From positions 4,966 to 68,965 of the forward strand of contig JBIOWP010000107.1 in NCBI GenBank assembly GCA_044868695.1: a stretch of 64,000 nt of DNA, read 5' to 3'. The notes beneath the pieces are model-generated. The model saw nothing but the letters and a program-made list of their open reading frames with translations, was not told the DNA's origin and ran no database searches. Position numbers and translations under genes: made by a program. Positions 45,067 to 53,733 of this stretch are shown piece after piece (position 1 is the stretch's first letter; each line of letters begins with the position of its first letter). Source of the stretch: a bacterium (GTDB lineage: Bacteria; Sysuimicrobiota; Sysuimicrobiia; Sysuimicrobiales; Kaftiobacteriaceae).

Positions 45067-46212
45067 ATGAGCCGCCGGCGGTTCGAGACCCGCGCGATCC
45101 ATGAGGGGCAGCCGCCGGATCCCGCGACCGGCGCGGTCATGACGCCGATCTATCAGACCGCGACATACGCGCAGTCCGAGCCCGCGGTCCACAAGGGATA
45201 CGACTACAGCCGCACCGCGAATCCGACCCGCACCGCGCTGGAAACATGCCTGGCGTCGCTGGAAGAGGGGGCGCACGGGCTCGCGTTTGCCTCGGGGATG
45301 GCGGCGATCACCACAGCGTCATATCTGCTCAACCCCGGCGACCGGGTGCTGGCCCCGGACGACGTGTACGGCGGAACCTACCGGTTGTTCGTCCGCGTCC
45401 TCCAGCGCTACGGCATCGCGCCGTCGTTCGTGGACATGACCGACCTGACGCGGGTCGAGGCGGCGCTGGGCACCCACCCGCGCCTGGTGCTGGTCGAGAC
45501 GCCGACCAACCCGTACCTCAAGATCCTCGACATTGCGCGCATCGCCGAGCTCGCGCATACCCACGACGCGCTCGTGCTCGTGGACAATACGTTTGCGTCT
45601 CCCTATTTCCAGCGGCCGCTGACCCTGAGTGCGGATATCGTCGTCCACTCGACAACCAAGTACCTGGGCGGGCACAGCGACGTGATCGGCGGCGCCGCGG
45701 TGACCAACAGCAGGGAGATCGCTGAAACGCTGCGGTTCCACCAGAATGCCGCCGGCGCGGTGCCGGGACCGTTCGACTCCTGGCTCGTCCTGCGCGGGAT
45801 CAAGACGCTGGCGGTGCGGATGGAACGCCACGCCGCCAACGCGATGCAGGTGGCGCAGTTCCTAAACGGCCATCCCGCCGTGGCCCGGACGTTCTACCCC
45901 GGTCTCCCCGGCCACCCCGGCTACGACCTCGCCCGGCGGCAGATGACGGGATTCGGCGGGATGGTGTCGTTCGTTCTGAAGGGGGGAGGCCGCGCGGCCA
46001 GGGCCGTGGCTTCCTCGACGCGGGTCTTCCTCCTGGCGGAGAGCCTGGGCGGCGTGGAATCGCTTCTCGACCATCCGGCCAGCATGACGCACGCCTCGCT
46101 CGCCGGCTCCCCGATGCAGGTTGACGAAGGGCTGATCCGCCTCTCGGTGGGGATTGAGCACATCGACGACCTCATTGACGATTTGAAGCAGGCGCTCGAC
46201 AACGCGAGATGA
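45067..46212 (+). CDS. Cystathionine gamma-lyase/synthase family PLP enzyme
   Basis: TRAIHEG, PIYQTATY, YSRTANPT, FASGMAA, ETPTNP, HSTTKYLGGHSD, AESLGGVES, IRLSVGIE. Confidence 0.93.
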   Translation: MSRRRFETRAIHEGQPPDPATGAVMTPIYQTATYAQSEPAVHKGYDYSRTANPTRTALETCLASLEEGAHGLAFASGMAAITTASYLLNPGDRVLAPDDVYGGTYRLFVRVLQRYGIAPSFVDMTDLTRVEAALGTHPRLVLVETPTNPYLKILDIARIAELAHTHDALVLVDNTFASPYFQRPLTLSADIVVHSTTKYLGGHSDVIGGAAVTNSREIAETLRFHQNAAGAVPGPFDSWLVLRGIKTLAVRMERHAANAMQVAQFLNGHPAVARTFYPGLPGHPGYDLARRQMTGFGGMVSFVLKGGGRAARAVASSTRVFLLAESLGGVESLLDHPASMTHASLAGSPMQVDEGLIRLSVGIEHIDDLIDDLKQALDNAR

Positions 46213-46484
46213 CGACCGTCTACGTCCCAACTCCGCTCCGCCGCACGACGGGCGGCCAGGGCAAGGTCCAGCTTGCCGGCCGCACCGTGCGGGAGTTGCT
46301 TGACGCGCTGGAGCGCCGCCATCCCGGCATCCGGCAGCAGGTGTTCGATGAGCGCGGCGAGGTACGCAGCTTCATCAATGTCTTCGTCAACGGCACCGAG
46401 ATCCGGCAACTGCAGGGGCTGGCGACGCCCGTGAAAGAGACGGACGAGGTGTCGATCATCCCCGCGATGGCGGGCGGGTTGTGA
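46209..46484 (+). CDS. Ubiquitin-like sulfur carrier (MoaD/ThiS/CysO family) ending GG-L
   Basis: VYVPTPLRR.TGG, INVFVNG..IR.LQGL.T, IIPAMAGG followed by one extra Leu before TGA. Confidence 0.9.
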   Translation: MTTVYVPTPLRRTTGGQGKVQLAGRTVRELLDALERRHPGIRQQVFDERGEVRSFINVFVNGTEIRQLQGLATPVKETDEVSIIPAMAGGL

Positions 46485-47917
46485 AGCGCACGGCGGGCAA
46501 GGTCAGGCCACGGCCCCGCCGCGCGGCGCCAACCGCCGCCAGGGACGAAATCTTCGACAGTGTCCTCGATGTGGTCGGCAAGACCTCGCTCGTGCGCCTG
46601 CACAAGGTCACCCGCGGCCTGCGCGCCGATGTCGTGGCGAAGCTCGAGTACCTCAATCCCGGCGGTTCGGTCAAAGACCGGATCGGCCCGACGATCCTCG
46701 ATGATGCGGAGCAGCGCGGGCTACTGCGGCCCGGCGGAACGATCGTGGAAGCCACCTCCGGGAATACCGGCGTCGGCCTGGCCATCGCCGCGGCGGTCCG
46801 CGGGTACCGGACCATCTTCGTCATGCCGGACAAGATGTCGGAGGAGAAGATCCGGCTGCTGCGCGCGTTCGGCGCCCGCGTCGTCATTACGCCGACCGCG
46901 GTGGCGCCCGACGATCCACGAAGCTACTACAGCGTGAGCCGGCGCATCGCCGAGGAGACCCCGAACAGCTTCTACGCCAACCAGTACGCCAATCCGGCGA
47001 ACCCGCAGGCGCACTATCGCACGACCGGTCCGGAGATCTGGCGCCAGACCGGCGGCCGGCTCGACCTCTTCATTGCCACGATGGGGACCGGCGGGACAAT
47101 TTCCGGCGCCGGCAAGTTTCTCAAGGAGCGGCGCTCGGCGCTGCGCGTCATCGGGGTCGATCCGCTGGGGTCGGTCTTTTACGAATACTTCAAGACCGGA
47201 AAGCTCCCCGAGCCGCGGACATATAAGGTGGAGGGGATCGGTGAAGACTTTCTCCCCGAGACGATGGATTTCTCCGTCGTGGACGAGGTCGTGCAGATCT
47301 CCGACCGCGAGGCGTTCATGATGACGCGGCGGCTGGTGCGCGAAGAAGGACTGTTCTGCGGCGGCAGCAGCGGCGCGGCGGTGGCGGGCGCGATCAAGTA
47401 TCTGCGCACTCTGCCCGACGGCGGCGCGGGCCTGCGGGCGGTCGTGGTGCTCCCCGATTCCGGATCGCGCTACCTCTCCAAGATCTTCTCCGACGACTGG
47501 ATGCGGGAGCATGGATTCTTGGAGATCGAACTAGGCACCGTCGGGGAGCTGGTGCAGACCAAGTCCATCCCGCTGGTGTCGGCCAGCCGCACCGATGCGG
47601 TCAGCGACGTCGTCGCCAAGATGAAGCAGTACGACGTGTCGCAGCTGCCGGTGCTGGAAGACGAGCGCCTGGTCGGTATGATCAGCGAAGTGGACCTGCT
47701 CACGCACCTGCTGGATGGCTCTCACCGCCCCTCGGATCCAATCCAGCCCATCATTGATCCCGCGCCCCCGGTGGTGGCCCCCGACAGCCCGATCGACGTC
47801 CTGGCCGACGTCTTCCTCTCCGCCAACGCGGCGGTCGTTGTGGATCACGGCGCGGTGGTGGGGATCGTCACCAAGATCGACGTCATCGACCACCTGGCCA
47901 AACGCCTGGGCCGCTGA
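46481..47917 (+). CDS. cbs: Cystathionine beta-synthase (PLP domain plus C-terminal CBS pair)
   Basis: KLEYLNPGGSVKDR, EATSGNTG, KVEGIGED, PDSGSRYLSKIFSDDW, tandem CBS domains. Confidence 0.9.
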   Translation: MKRTAGKVRPRPRRAAPTAARDEIFDSVLDVVGKTSLVRLHKVTRGLRADVVAKLEYLNPGGSVKDRIGPTILDDAEQRGLLRPGGTIVEATSGNTGVGLAIAAAVRGYRTIFVMPDKMSEEKIRLLRAFGARVVITPTAVAPDDPRSYYSVSRRIAEETPNSFYANQYANPANPQAHYRTTGPEIWRQTGGRLDLFIATMGTGGTISGAGKFLKERRSALRVIGVDPLGSVFYEYFKTGKLPEPRTYKVEGIGEDFLPETMDFSVVDEVVQISDREAFMMTRRLVREEGLFCGGSSGAAVAGAIKYLRTLPDGGAGLRAVVVLPDSGSRYLSKIFSDDWMREHGFLEIELGTVGELVQTKSIPLVSASRTDAVSDVVAKMKQYDVSQLPVLEDERLVGMISEVDLLTHLLDGSHRPSDPIQPIIDPAPPVVAPDSPIDVLADVFLSANAAVVVDHGAVVGIVTKIDVIDHLAKRLGR

Positions 47918-47922
47918 CCGGG

Positions 47923-48777
47923 ATGAGAGACAACACGCGCGCCGGCGGGGCGCTGCGGCTTTCAACCGGGCAGTCGTTGCCCGATTTGCGGATCGTCCCC
48001 CGCGCCGAGGTCCATTTGCACGAGGAGACCGATCCGGCCCGCGTGCAGCGGCTGGTCGCGCGCATGCGAGCGGACGGCATCCTGCGCAATCCGCCGATTG
48101 CCGCGCCGCTGCCGGAAGGCGGGTACGTCGTTCTCGACGGAGCCAACCGCAGCACTGCCCTGATGGCGTTTGAGGCGCCGCTGCTGCTCGTCCAGGTTGT
48201 CGACTATCATGATCCCGCGGTCAGGCTCGATGTCTGGCATCACCTGCTGACCGAGCCGGTGGACCTCGGGGCCCTGCTGCGGTCCAAGGGACTGATCTTG
48301 AAGGACATGAGTGTGTCTGAAGCGGCGCAGGCACTGGCCCAGCGCGCGATCGCATGCTACCTGCTGGGTCCTGCCGGAGCCCGGTCAGTGGCCGCCGCAC
48401 CGGCCCAGCCGTCCGCGGCGGTTCTCTCGGCGGTTGTGGACGCCTACAAGGCGACAACCCGCATTTACCGCGTGATGGACACAGACTTGGATACGCTCGC
48501 CCGCGCGTATGGGTCCGTCTCGGCGGTGGTGGTCTTCCCGACCTTCACCAAACGCGACATTCTTGAGATTGCGCGGTCGCCAGTCAAGCTGCCCGCCGGC
48601 ATTACGCGGCATCTCATCCCCGGGCGCGCGCTGCGCGTGAATCTGCCGCTCGAGGTCCTGACCTCGCCGGGCGACGCCGAGCAAAAGAACCGCTGGCTGG
48701 TCGAGGAGATTCACCAGCGGCTGCTCGAGAACCGCGTCCGGTACTACCCGGAAGACTCCTTCCTGTTTGATGAGTGA
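47923..48777 (+). CDS. ParB/Srx-fold protein resembling free L-serine kinases SbnI/SerK
   Basis: LHEE (catalytic Glu position), DGILRNP, VLDGANR, WHH, LPAGITRHLIPGRAL.VNLPL..L and C-terminal VRYY.E, a pattern I recall from S. aureus SbnI. Confidence 0.72.
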   Translation: MRDNTRAGGALRLSTGQSLPDLRIVPRAEVHLHEETDPARVQRLVARMRADGILRNPPIAAPLPEGGYVVLDGANRSTALMAFEAPLLLVQVVDYHDPAVRLDVWHHLLTEPVDLGALLRSKGLILKDMSVSEAAQALAQRAIACYLLGPAGARSVAAAPAQPSAAVLSAVVDAYKATTRIYRVMDTDLDTLARAYGSVSAVVVFPTFTKRDILEIARSPVKLPAGITRHLIPGRALRVNLPLEVLTSPGDAEQKNRWLVEEIHQRLLENRVRYYPEDSFLFDE

Positions 48778-49666
48778 GCTGCTCAACGCCATCGGCAATA
48801 CGCCGCTGCTGCGCCTAACCCGCGTCACGCGGGATCTGCCGCTGGCGGTTGAAGTGCACGTCAAAGCCGAGTGGTTCAACCCCGGGGGATCGGTGAAGGA
48901 CCGTCCGGTGCGCCGGATCATCCTCGACGCGGAGCGCGACGGCCGCCTGTCGCGCGACCGGACCATCCTCGATTCGTCATCCGGAAACGCCGGCATCGCC
49001 TACGCCATGATCGGAGCGGCCCGGGGCTATCGCGTGCGTCTGGTCGTGCCAGGCAACGTCAGCGAGGAACGCAAGCACATCCTGCGCGCGTACGGCGCGG
49101 AGGTGGAATACTCCGATCCGCTAGAAGGGTCGGACGGCGCGATCGTCGTCGCCCGCCGCCTGCACGAGGAGGGCCGCGGCCAGTTCTTCTACGGCGACCA
49201 GTACAGCAATCCCAGCAATCCCCGCGCGCACTACGAGACGACCGGTCCTGAGGTGTTCGCGCAAACCGAGTCGCGCATCACCCATTTTGTGGCCGCGCTG
49301 GGCACCAGCGGGACGATCGTCGGGGCCGGGCGCCGGCTGCGGGAACTGCAGCCGGGCGTGCAGATTGTGGCGGTCGAGCCGGACACGGCCCTGCACGGCA
49401 TCGAGGGATTGAAGCACATGGCCAGCGCGATCGTTCCGGGAATCTATGACCGCTCCGTCCACCACCGCACGATTCCGATGAGCACGGAGGCCGCCTACGA
49501 GATGGCCAGGCGCCTGGCGCGCGAGGAGGGGCTCCTGGTCGGCCAGTCATCCGGCGCCGCGGTGGCGGGCGCTCTGCAGGTGGCCCGTGAGCTTGAGGAG
49601 GGTGTAATCGTCGCGGTCTGCCCTGACGGCGGCGACCGCTACTTGTCGACCGCCCTCTGGAGATAA
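48770..49666 (+). CDS. cysM: PLP-dependent cysteine synthase family enzyme (CysM / O-phosphoserine sulfhydrylase-like)
   Basis: IGNTPL, KAEWFNPGGSVKDR, DSSSGNAG, GTSGT, EGLKHM, CPDGGDRYLS; directly upstream of mec. Confidence 0.82.
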   Translation: MSELLNAIGNTPLLRLTRVTRDLPLAVEVHVKAEWFNPGGSVKDRPVRRIILDAERDGRLSRDRTILDSSSGNAGIAYAMIGAARGYRVRLVVPGNVSEERKHILRAYGAEVEYSDPLEGSDGAIVVARRLHEEGRGQFFYGDQYSNPSNPRAHYETTGPEVFAQTESRITHFVAALGTSGTIVGAGRRLRELQPGVQIVAVEPDTALHGIEGLKHMASAIVPGIYDRSVHHRTIPMSTEAAYEMARRLAREEGLLVGQSSGAAVAGALQVARELEEGVIVAVCPDGGDRYLSTALWR

Positions 49667-49702
49667 AATCGAGCGTTTTCTGTCGTATAATGGGGGACAA
49701 CG

Positions 49703-50101
49703 GTGCTGGAACTGAGTCGGGACCAGGCTGCGGCGCTTGTTGCGCACGCCAACGAGGAGTTTCCCAACGAGTGCTGCGGTCTGCTGGCCGGGCGCAACGG
49801 CCGGGTGGAGCGGGTCTACCGGGGCACTAACGTCGATTACAGCCCCTATACGTACCTGATGGATCCCAAAGAGCAACTGGCCGCGTTCAAGGACATGGAA
49901 GCGGCCGGGCTGGACCTGGTAGGGATCTATCACTCGCACACCCACACGGCTGCGTACCCGTCCAAGACCGACGTGGCGAAGGCGTTCTACCCAGATGTAC
50001 TCTACATGATCGTATCGCTGGCGAGGCGGGAGACTCCAGAGATCCGGGCATTCCGGTTCTTGGACGCAGAGATCGTCGAAGAGGACGTGATCATTCGATG
50101 A
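49703..50101 (+). CDS. mec: Mec/JAB (MPN+) metallopeptidase
   Basis: PNECCGLL, IYHSHTH...YPS.TD JAMM motif (E...HxH.....S..D). Confidence 0.9.
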   Translation: MLELSRDQAAALVAHANEEFPNECCGLLAGRNGRVERVYRGTNVDYSPYTYLMDPKEQLAAFKDMEAAGLDLVGIYHSHTHTAAYPSKTDVAKAFYPDVLYMIVSLARRETPEIRAFRFLDAEIVEEDVIIR

Positions 50102-50523
50102 AAGTGTCCACCCGCGCGGAGTACGGACTGCGGGCGTTGATCGACCTCGCCAGCCACTACGGCGAAGGTCCGGTGCAGACGCATCAGATTGCGGCCCGCC
50201 AGGGGCTGCCGGAACCCTACCTCAATCAGCTGATGAGTTCCCTCCGGCGCGCAGGCCTGGTGGCCAGCAAGCGCGGACCCGCGGGCGGGCACGTGCTGGC
50301 GCGCGCCCCCGAGGCCATCACCCTCCGCGAGGCCTTCGACGTCCTGGAGGGGTCGACGGCGCCGTGGTGGTGCGTCGAGTCCGATGATCCCGACTGCGTG
50401 TATGCCCACGGCTGCGGGCTGCGGCCGGTGTGGCAGGCGATCAACCAGGCGGTGGAGCGCGTCCTGGGCGAGATGTCGCTCGCGGATATCTCACGCGTGA
50501 GGCAGCCTGCCGGACGCACCTGA
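50098..50523 (+). CDS. Rrf2 family transcriptional regulator (CymR/IscR-like)
   Basis: STRAEYGLRAL, YLNQLM..LRRAGLV.S.RG..GG..LA; Cys cluster WWCVESDDPDCVYAHGC. Confidence 0.92.
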   Translation: MKVSTRAEYGLRALIDLASHYGEGPVQTHQIAARQGLPEPYLNQLMSSLRRAGLVASKRGPAGGHVLARAPEAITLREAFDVLEGSTAPWWCVESDDPDCVYAHGCGLRPVWQAINQAVERVLGEMSLADISRVRQPAGRT

Positions 50524-50544
50524 CCTCGGCAGGCTGCACAGGGG

Positions 50545-50579
50545 CAGGCCAGGGGGCGCCCCTGGCCTGTGTTGTTTTT
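50545..50579 (+). terminator. Rho-independent terminator after rrf2
   Basis: 11-bp stem CAGGCCAGGGG/CCCCTGGCCTG, 3-nt loop, followed by TGTTGTTTTT. Confidence 0.75.
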
Positions 50580-50594
50580 GGGCGGGTGGTTCAG

Positions 50595-50622
50595 GGGAAT
50601 GCGGGCACGGCCCGGGAGCGTT
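50595..50622 (+). promoter_or_regulatory. Autoregulatory SigH/SigR-type promoter GGGAAT-N18-CGTT
   Basis: GGAAT at 50596-50600 and CGTT at 50619-50622, 8 nt upstream of the sigma GTG. Confidence 0.65.
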
Positions 50623-50630
50623 AAGTCGGG

Positions 50631-51278
50631 GTGTCCGCGATGGGAGCAACGACCGTGGTGCCTCTTGAGGCCTCTGTGGCCGCCGACGACCGGGAACGGT
50701 TCCAGGCGCTGGCCGAACAGCACCTCGATGGGCTGTTCAGGGCCGCCCTGCGCCTGACCCGCAACCGCACGAAGGCGGAAGATCTCCTGCAGGAAACCTT
50801 CCTCCGCGCGTGGCGCTCGTTCCACACCTTCAAACCCGGCACCAACGCGCGCGCCTGGCTCTACAGAATTCTGATGAACGCGTACATCGATGGGTACCGG
50901 AAGACGACTCGCGAGCCGGAAGTCGTCGACCAGGAAGGCGTCGACGAGTTTTACCTGTACACGAAAGTGCAGGAGAGCGATGACTTCCGGCGCGCCGGGA
51001 ATCCCGAGGAAGTGCTCTTGTCCCGGCTCATGGACGCGGACGTCAAGGGTGCGCTCGACAACCTCCCCGACGCCTTCCGCGAGGTCGTCATCCTGGCCGA
51101 CATCGAAGGCTTCTCCTACAAGGAAATCGCCGAGATGCTCGCGATTCCCATCGGCACCGTGATGTCGAGGCTGCATCGTGGCCGGCGGCAGCTGCAGGTC
51201 AAACTCTGGGACTACGCCAAGCGGGCGCACTATGTCGGTGCCGACCAGGCGCCTCCGGCGGGGGGTGCCGGCCGATGA
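50631..51278 (+). CDS. ECF sigma factor, SigH/SigR-like
   Basis: AEDLLQETFLRAW..F..FKPGTNARAWLYRIL.N, GFSYKEIAEML.IPIGTVMSRLHRGR. Confidence 0.92.
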   Translation: MSAMGATTVVPLEASVAADDRERFQALAEQHLDGLFRAALRLTRNRTKAEDLLQETFLRAWRSFHTFKPGTNARAWLYRILMNAYIDGYRKTTREPEVVDQEGVDEFYLYTKVQESDDFRRAGNPEEVLLSRLMDADVKGALDNLPDAFREVVILADIEGFSYKEIAEMLAIPIGTVMSRLHRGRRQLQVKLWDYAKRAHYVGADQAPPAGGAGR

Positions 51279-51505
51279 CGGACATCGATTGCGAGCAGGT
51301 CCTCCAGATGGTCTGGCAGTTCCTCGACGGAGAGATCGACGAGGCCCACTATGTGGAAATCGAAGCCCACATCGCGGGCTGCTCGCAGTGCGGGCCGCGC
51401 TATGAGTTCCAGCGCCGGCTGATGGTGCTGATCGAGCGCAAGTGCAGCGAGGGCCCGGTGCCTGTGGAGCTCAAACGCCGGCTGTTTCGGCTGCTCGAGG
51501 AATAG
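51275..51505 (+). CDS. Zinc-binding anti-sigma factor (RshA/RsrA-like)
   Basis: N-terminal Cys (DCEQV), FLDGE, HIAGCSQC (HxxxCxxC ZAS motif); overlaps the sigma stop. Confidence 0.9.
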   Translation: MTDIDCEQVLQMVWQFLDGEIDEAHYVEIEAHIAGCSQCGPRYEFQRRLMVLIERKCSEGPVPVELKRRLFRLLEE

Positions 51506-51543
51506 ATCAGCATCGCTAGGGTTGCGGAGGGCAGGAGGTCTCA

Positions 51544-52188
51544 ATGTCTGCCCTCCGCATCTTGCTCGTTGACGACCACCGCGTCGTGGCCGCCGCGCTG
51601 GTCCGCCTTCTGCACGACATCCCTGATGTCGAGGTCGTCGGCGTCGCCGCCACCGGTCCCGACGCGATCGCCCTCACCCGCACCCTCCACCCCTCCCTCG
51701 TGCTGATGGACATCGGGCTGCCCGGTATGGACGGGGTCGAAGCGACGTGGACCATCCGTCGCCAGTTCCCGGACGTGCAGGTCCTGATCCTCACAATGTT
51801 CGACCAGGACGCCTTCGCCATCGAGGCGCTGCGCGCCGGCGCCGCGGGCTACCTGCTGAAGACTGTGGCGCCGGAAGACCTGGCCCGCGCGATCCACACG
51901 GTCTGCAGCGGCGAGGGGCTGATCTACTCCGGCGGGCCCGCCGCCGGGCTGGGCCGGGCCGTTTCCGCCCGAGGCCGGCTGGGCGACCCCTACGCGCTGT
52001 CCCGCCGAGAACTGCAGATCCTGCAGCTCGTGGCGGCAGGATTTGATGCCGCGGATATTGCCCGCCAGCTGCTCCTCAGCCCCCACACCGTCCGGAACCA
52101 CCTGAAATCCACCTATCGGAAGCTGGGCGTCCGCGGCCGCGTCGAGGCGGCCGCCTATGCCGTCAGGCGGGGCCTCATTAAGACGTAA
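51544..52188 (+). CDS. NarL/LuxR family response regulator (no cognate kinase nearby)
   Basis: LLVDDH, LMDIGLPGMDG (phospho-Asp), LT, GYLLK, LSRRELQIL...TVRNHL...KLGV. Confidence 0.93.
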   Translation: MSALRILLVDDHRVVAAALVRLLHDIPDVEVVGVAATGPDAIALTRTLHPSLVLMDIGLPGMDGVEATWTIRRQFPDVQVLILTMFDQDAFAIEALRAGAAGYLLKTVAPEDLARAIHTVCSGEGLIYSGGPAAGLGRAVSARGRLGDPYALSRRELQILQLVAAGFDAADIARQLLLSPHTVRNHLKSTYRKLGVRGRVEAAAYAVRRGLIKT

Positions 52189-52204
52189 CTGCGGAACGTA
52201 GGAT

Positions 52205-52220
52205 TGACTCGACTGAGTCA
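52205..52220. promoter_or_regulatory. Palindrome TGACTC-N4-GAGTCA upstream of the LytTR gene
   Basis: Perfect 6-bp inverted arms overlapping TTGACT (-35-like). Confidence 0.45.
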
Positions 52221-52288
52221 TCCATGGCTAGCCCATTCGGGTCTGGGCGAGTTTCCGGTGGATGGTCCATTCTCTAAAACGAGGCATC

Positions 52289-52678
52289 ATGCCTGAGGAC
52301 CTGACGTTGATCACCGGAGTGGCCGAGCCGATCGCGGGTTCAGAGCCCGCCCTGGACCGCCTGCCGGTCCGCCTGGACGGGGAAATCCGCCTGCTGCCGG
52401 TAGGGAACGTCCTCTACTGCTACGCCGACGGCGACCGGACGATGCTGGTCACCCGGGCCGGGGAACTGCGCAGCCACCTCTGCCTGACCCGGCTGGCGGA
52501 GCGGCTGGAGCCCTTTCGCTTCTTCCGCTGCCACCGGGCGTACCTTGTAAACCTCGACCACGTCTGCAGCGTCATCCCCTGGACCCGCAACGCCTTCAGC
52601 CTAACCCTGGAAGGTGGGAAGGAGATTCCGCTCAGCAAACACCGCCTTCCGGCTCTGAAAGAACTTCTTGGCTGGTAG
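52289..52678 (+). CDS. Stand-alone LytTR DNA-binding domain protein
   Basis: RLPVR....I.LL....V.Y, L.RL.ERL.P.RFFRCHRAYLVNL, IPLSK; no receiver domain. Confidence 0.88.
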   Translation: MPEDLTLITGVAEPIAGSEPALDRLPVRLDGEIRLLPVGNVLYCYADGDRTMLVTRAGELRSHLCLTRLAERLEPFRFFRCHRAYLVNLDHVCSVIPWTRNAFSLTLEGGKEIPLSKHRLPALKELLGW

Positions 52679-52707
52679 ACTCGACAGACTCGACAGATCC
52701 GATAGAC
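52677..52707. repeat. Nonamer tandem repeat AGACTCGAC x2 plus degenerate copies between convergent genes
   Basis: AGACTCGAC-AGACTCGAC-AGATCCGAT-AGAC. Confidence 0.65.
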
Positions 52708-52713
52708 AGTCAG

Positions 52714-53733
52714 TTAGTGTGCCTTGGCTGCCGCCTTTTCTTTGTGTTCCATAATCGAGGAGGAGTGGCCGGGGAAGGCTGAGGCGCTGGGGTTGATGTA
52801 GGTGACCGCGTTGTTCACGGCGGTGGCGGCCTCGCCGAACCCTGTCACGATGAGCTTGAGCTTGCCGGGGTAGGTCGCGATGTCGCCCGCCGCGTACACG
52901 CCGGGGACGTTGGCCTCCATCTTGCTGTTGACCACGATCGAGTCGTCCTTGATCTCCAGGCCCCACTCGCGGATCGGACCCAGGTTGCTGACCAGCCCCA
53001 GGAAGGCCAGGACGGCGTCGACGGGCAGCACCTCGTCGCCCTGGGTCTTGTTGTTGAAGACTACCGCCTCGCGGACCTGCGTGTCCCCGCGGATGCCGCG
53101 TAGCTCGTAAAACACCTTGACCTTGATCGGCGAGGCAAACAGCTTCTTCACGCTGTCCTCGTGGGCACGAAAGCCATCGCGGCGGTGAATCAAGGTGATC
53201 TGCTTCGCGTAGTCCACCAGGCCGAGCGCCCAGTCCAGCGCGGAGTCTCCGCCGCCGATGACCAGCAGCCGCTTCCCCCGGAAATCTTCCTTCTGGCGCA
53301 CAGCGAAGTACAATCCCTTGCCGATCCACTGATCGAGTTCCGCCCGCTTGAACGTCTTGGGGGTAAAGGCGCCGATCCCGGCGGTGATGAGGGTCACCCG
53401 TGTTCGATGCTCGCCCAGGTCCGTGCCCAGCCGGATCGTTCCGTCGGGCAGACGGTCGAGCGTGTGGACGTTCTCGTTCAACTGCACCGTTGGATGGTAG
53501 GTCATCCCCTGCTCGACCAGATTTGTCACGAGGTCCTTCCCCAGGATCTTGGGGAAGCCGGCGACGTCGTAGATGAACTTGTCGGGGTACAGAGCGGTTA
53601 CCTGACCGCCCAGGTCCGGCTGGCTGTCGATCAGCTTGGTGCGCAGCCCCCGAAACCCCGCATAATACGCGGCGAACAGCCCGGTCGGTCCGGCGCCGAT
53701 GATGGTGACGTCGTACAGATCTGCCTGTGTCAT
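52714..53733 (-). CDS. Ferredoxin/flavodoxin-NADP+ reductase (YumC/TrxB-like, no CxxC)
   Basis: IIGAGPTG, GGQVTALYPDKFIYDVAGFP, GGGDSALDWA, HRR..FRAH, YAAGDI..YPGK.KLI..GFGE; TGaTATAAT 7 nt before the ATG. Confidence 0.92.
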   Translation of the reverse strand: MTQADLYDVTIIGAGPTGLFAAYYAGFRGLRTKLIDSQPDLGGQVTALYPDKFIYDVAGFPKILGKDLVTNLVEQGMTYHPTVQLNENVHTLDRLPDGTIRLGTDLGEHRTRVTLITAGIGAFTPKTFKRAELDQWIGKGLYFAVRQKEDFRGKRLLVIGGGDSALDWALGLVDYAKQITLIHRRDGFRAHEDSVKKLFASPIKVKVFYELRGIRGDTQVREAVVFNNKTQGDEVLPVDAVLAFLGLVSNLGPIREWGLEIKDDSIVVNSKMEANVPGVYAAGDIATYPGKLKLIVTGFGEAATAVNNAVTYINPSASAFPGHSSSIMEHKEKAAAKAH

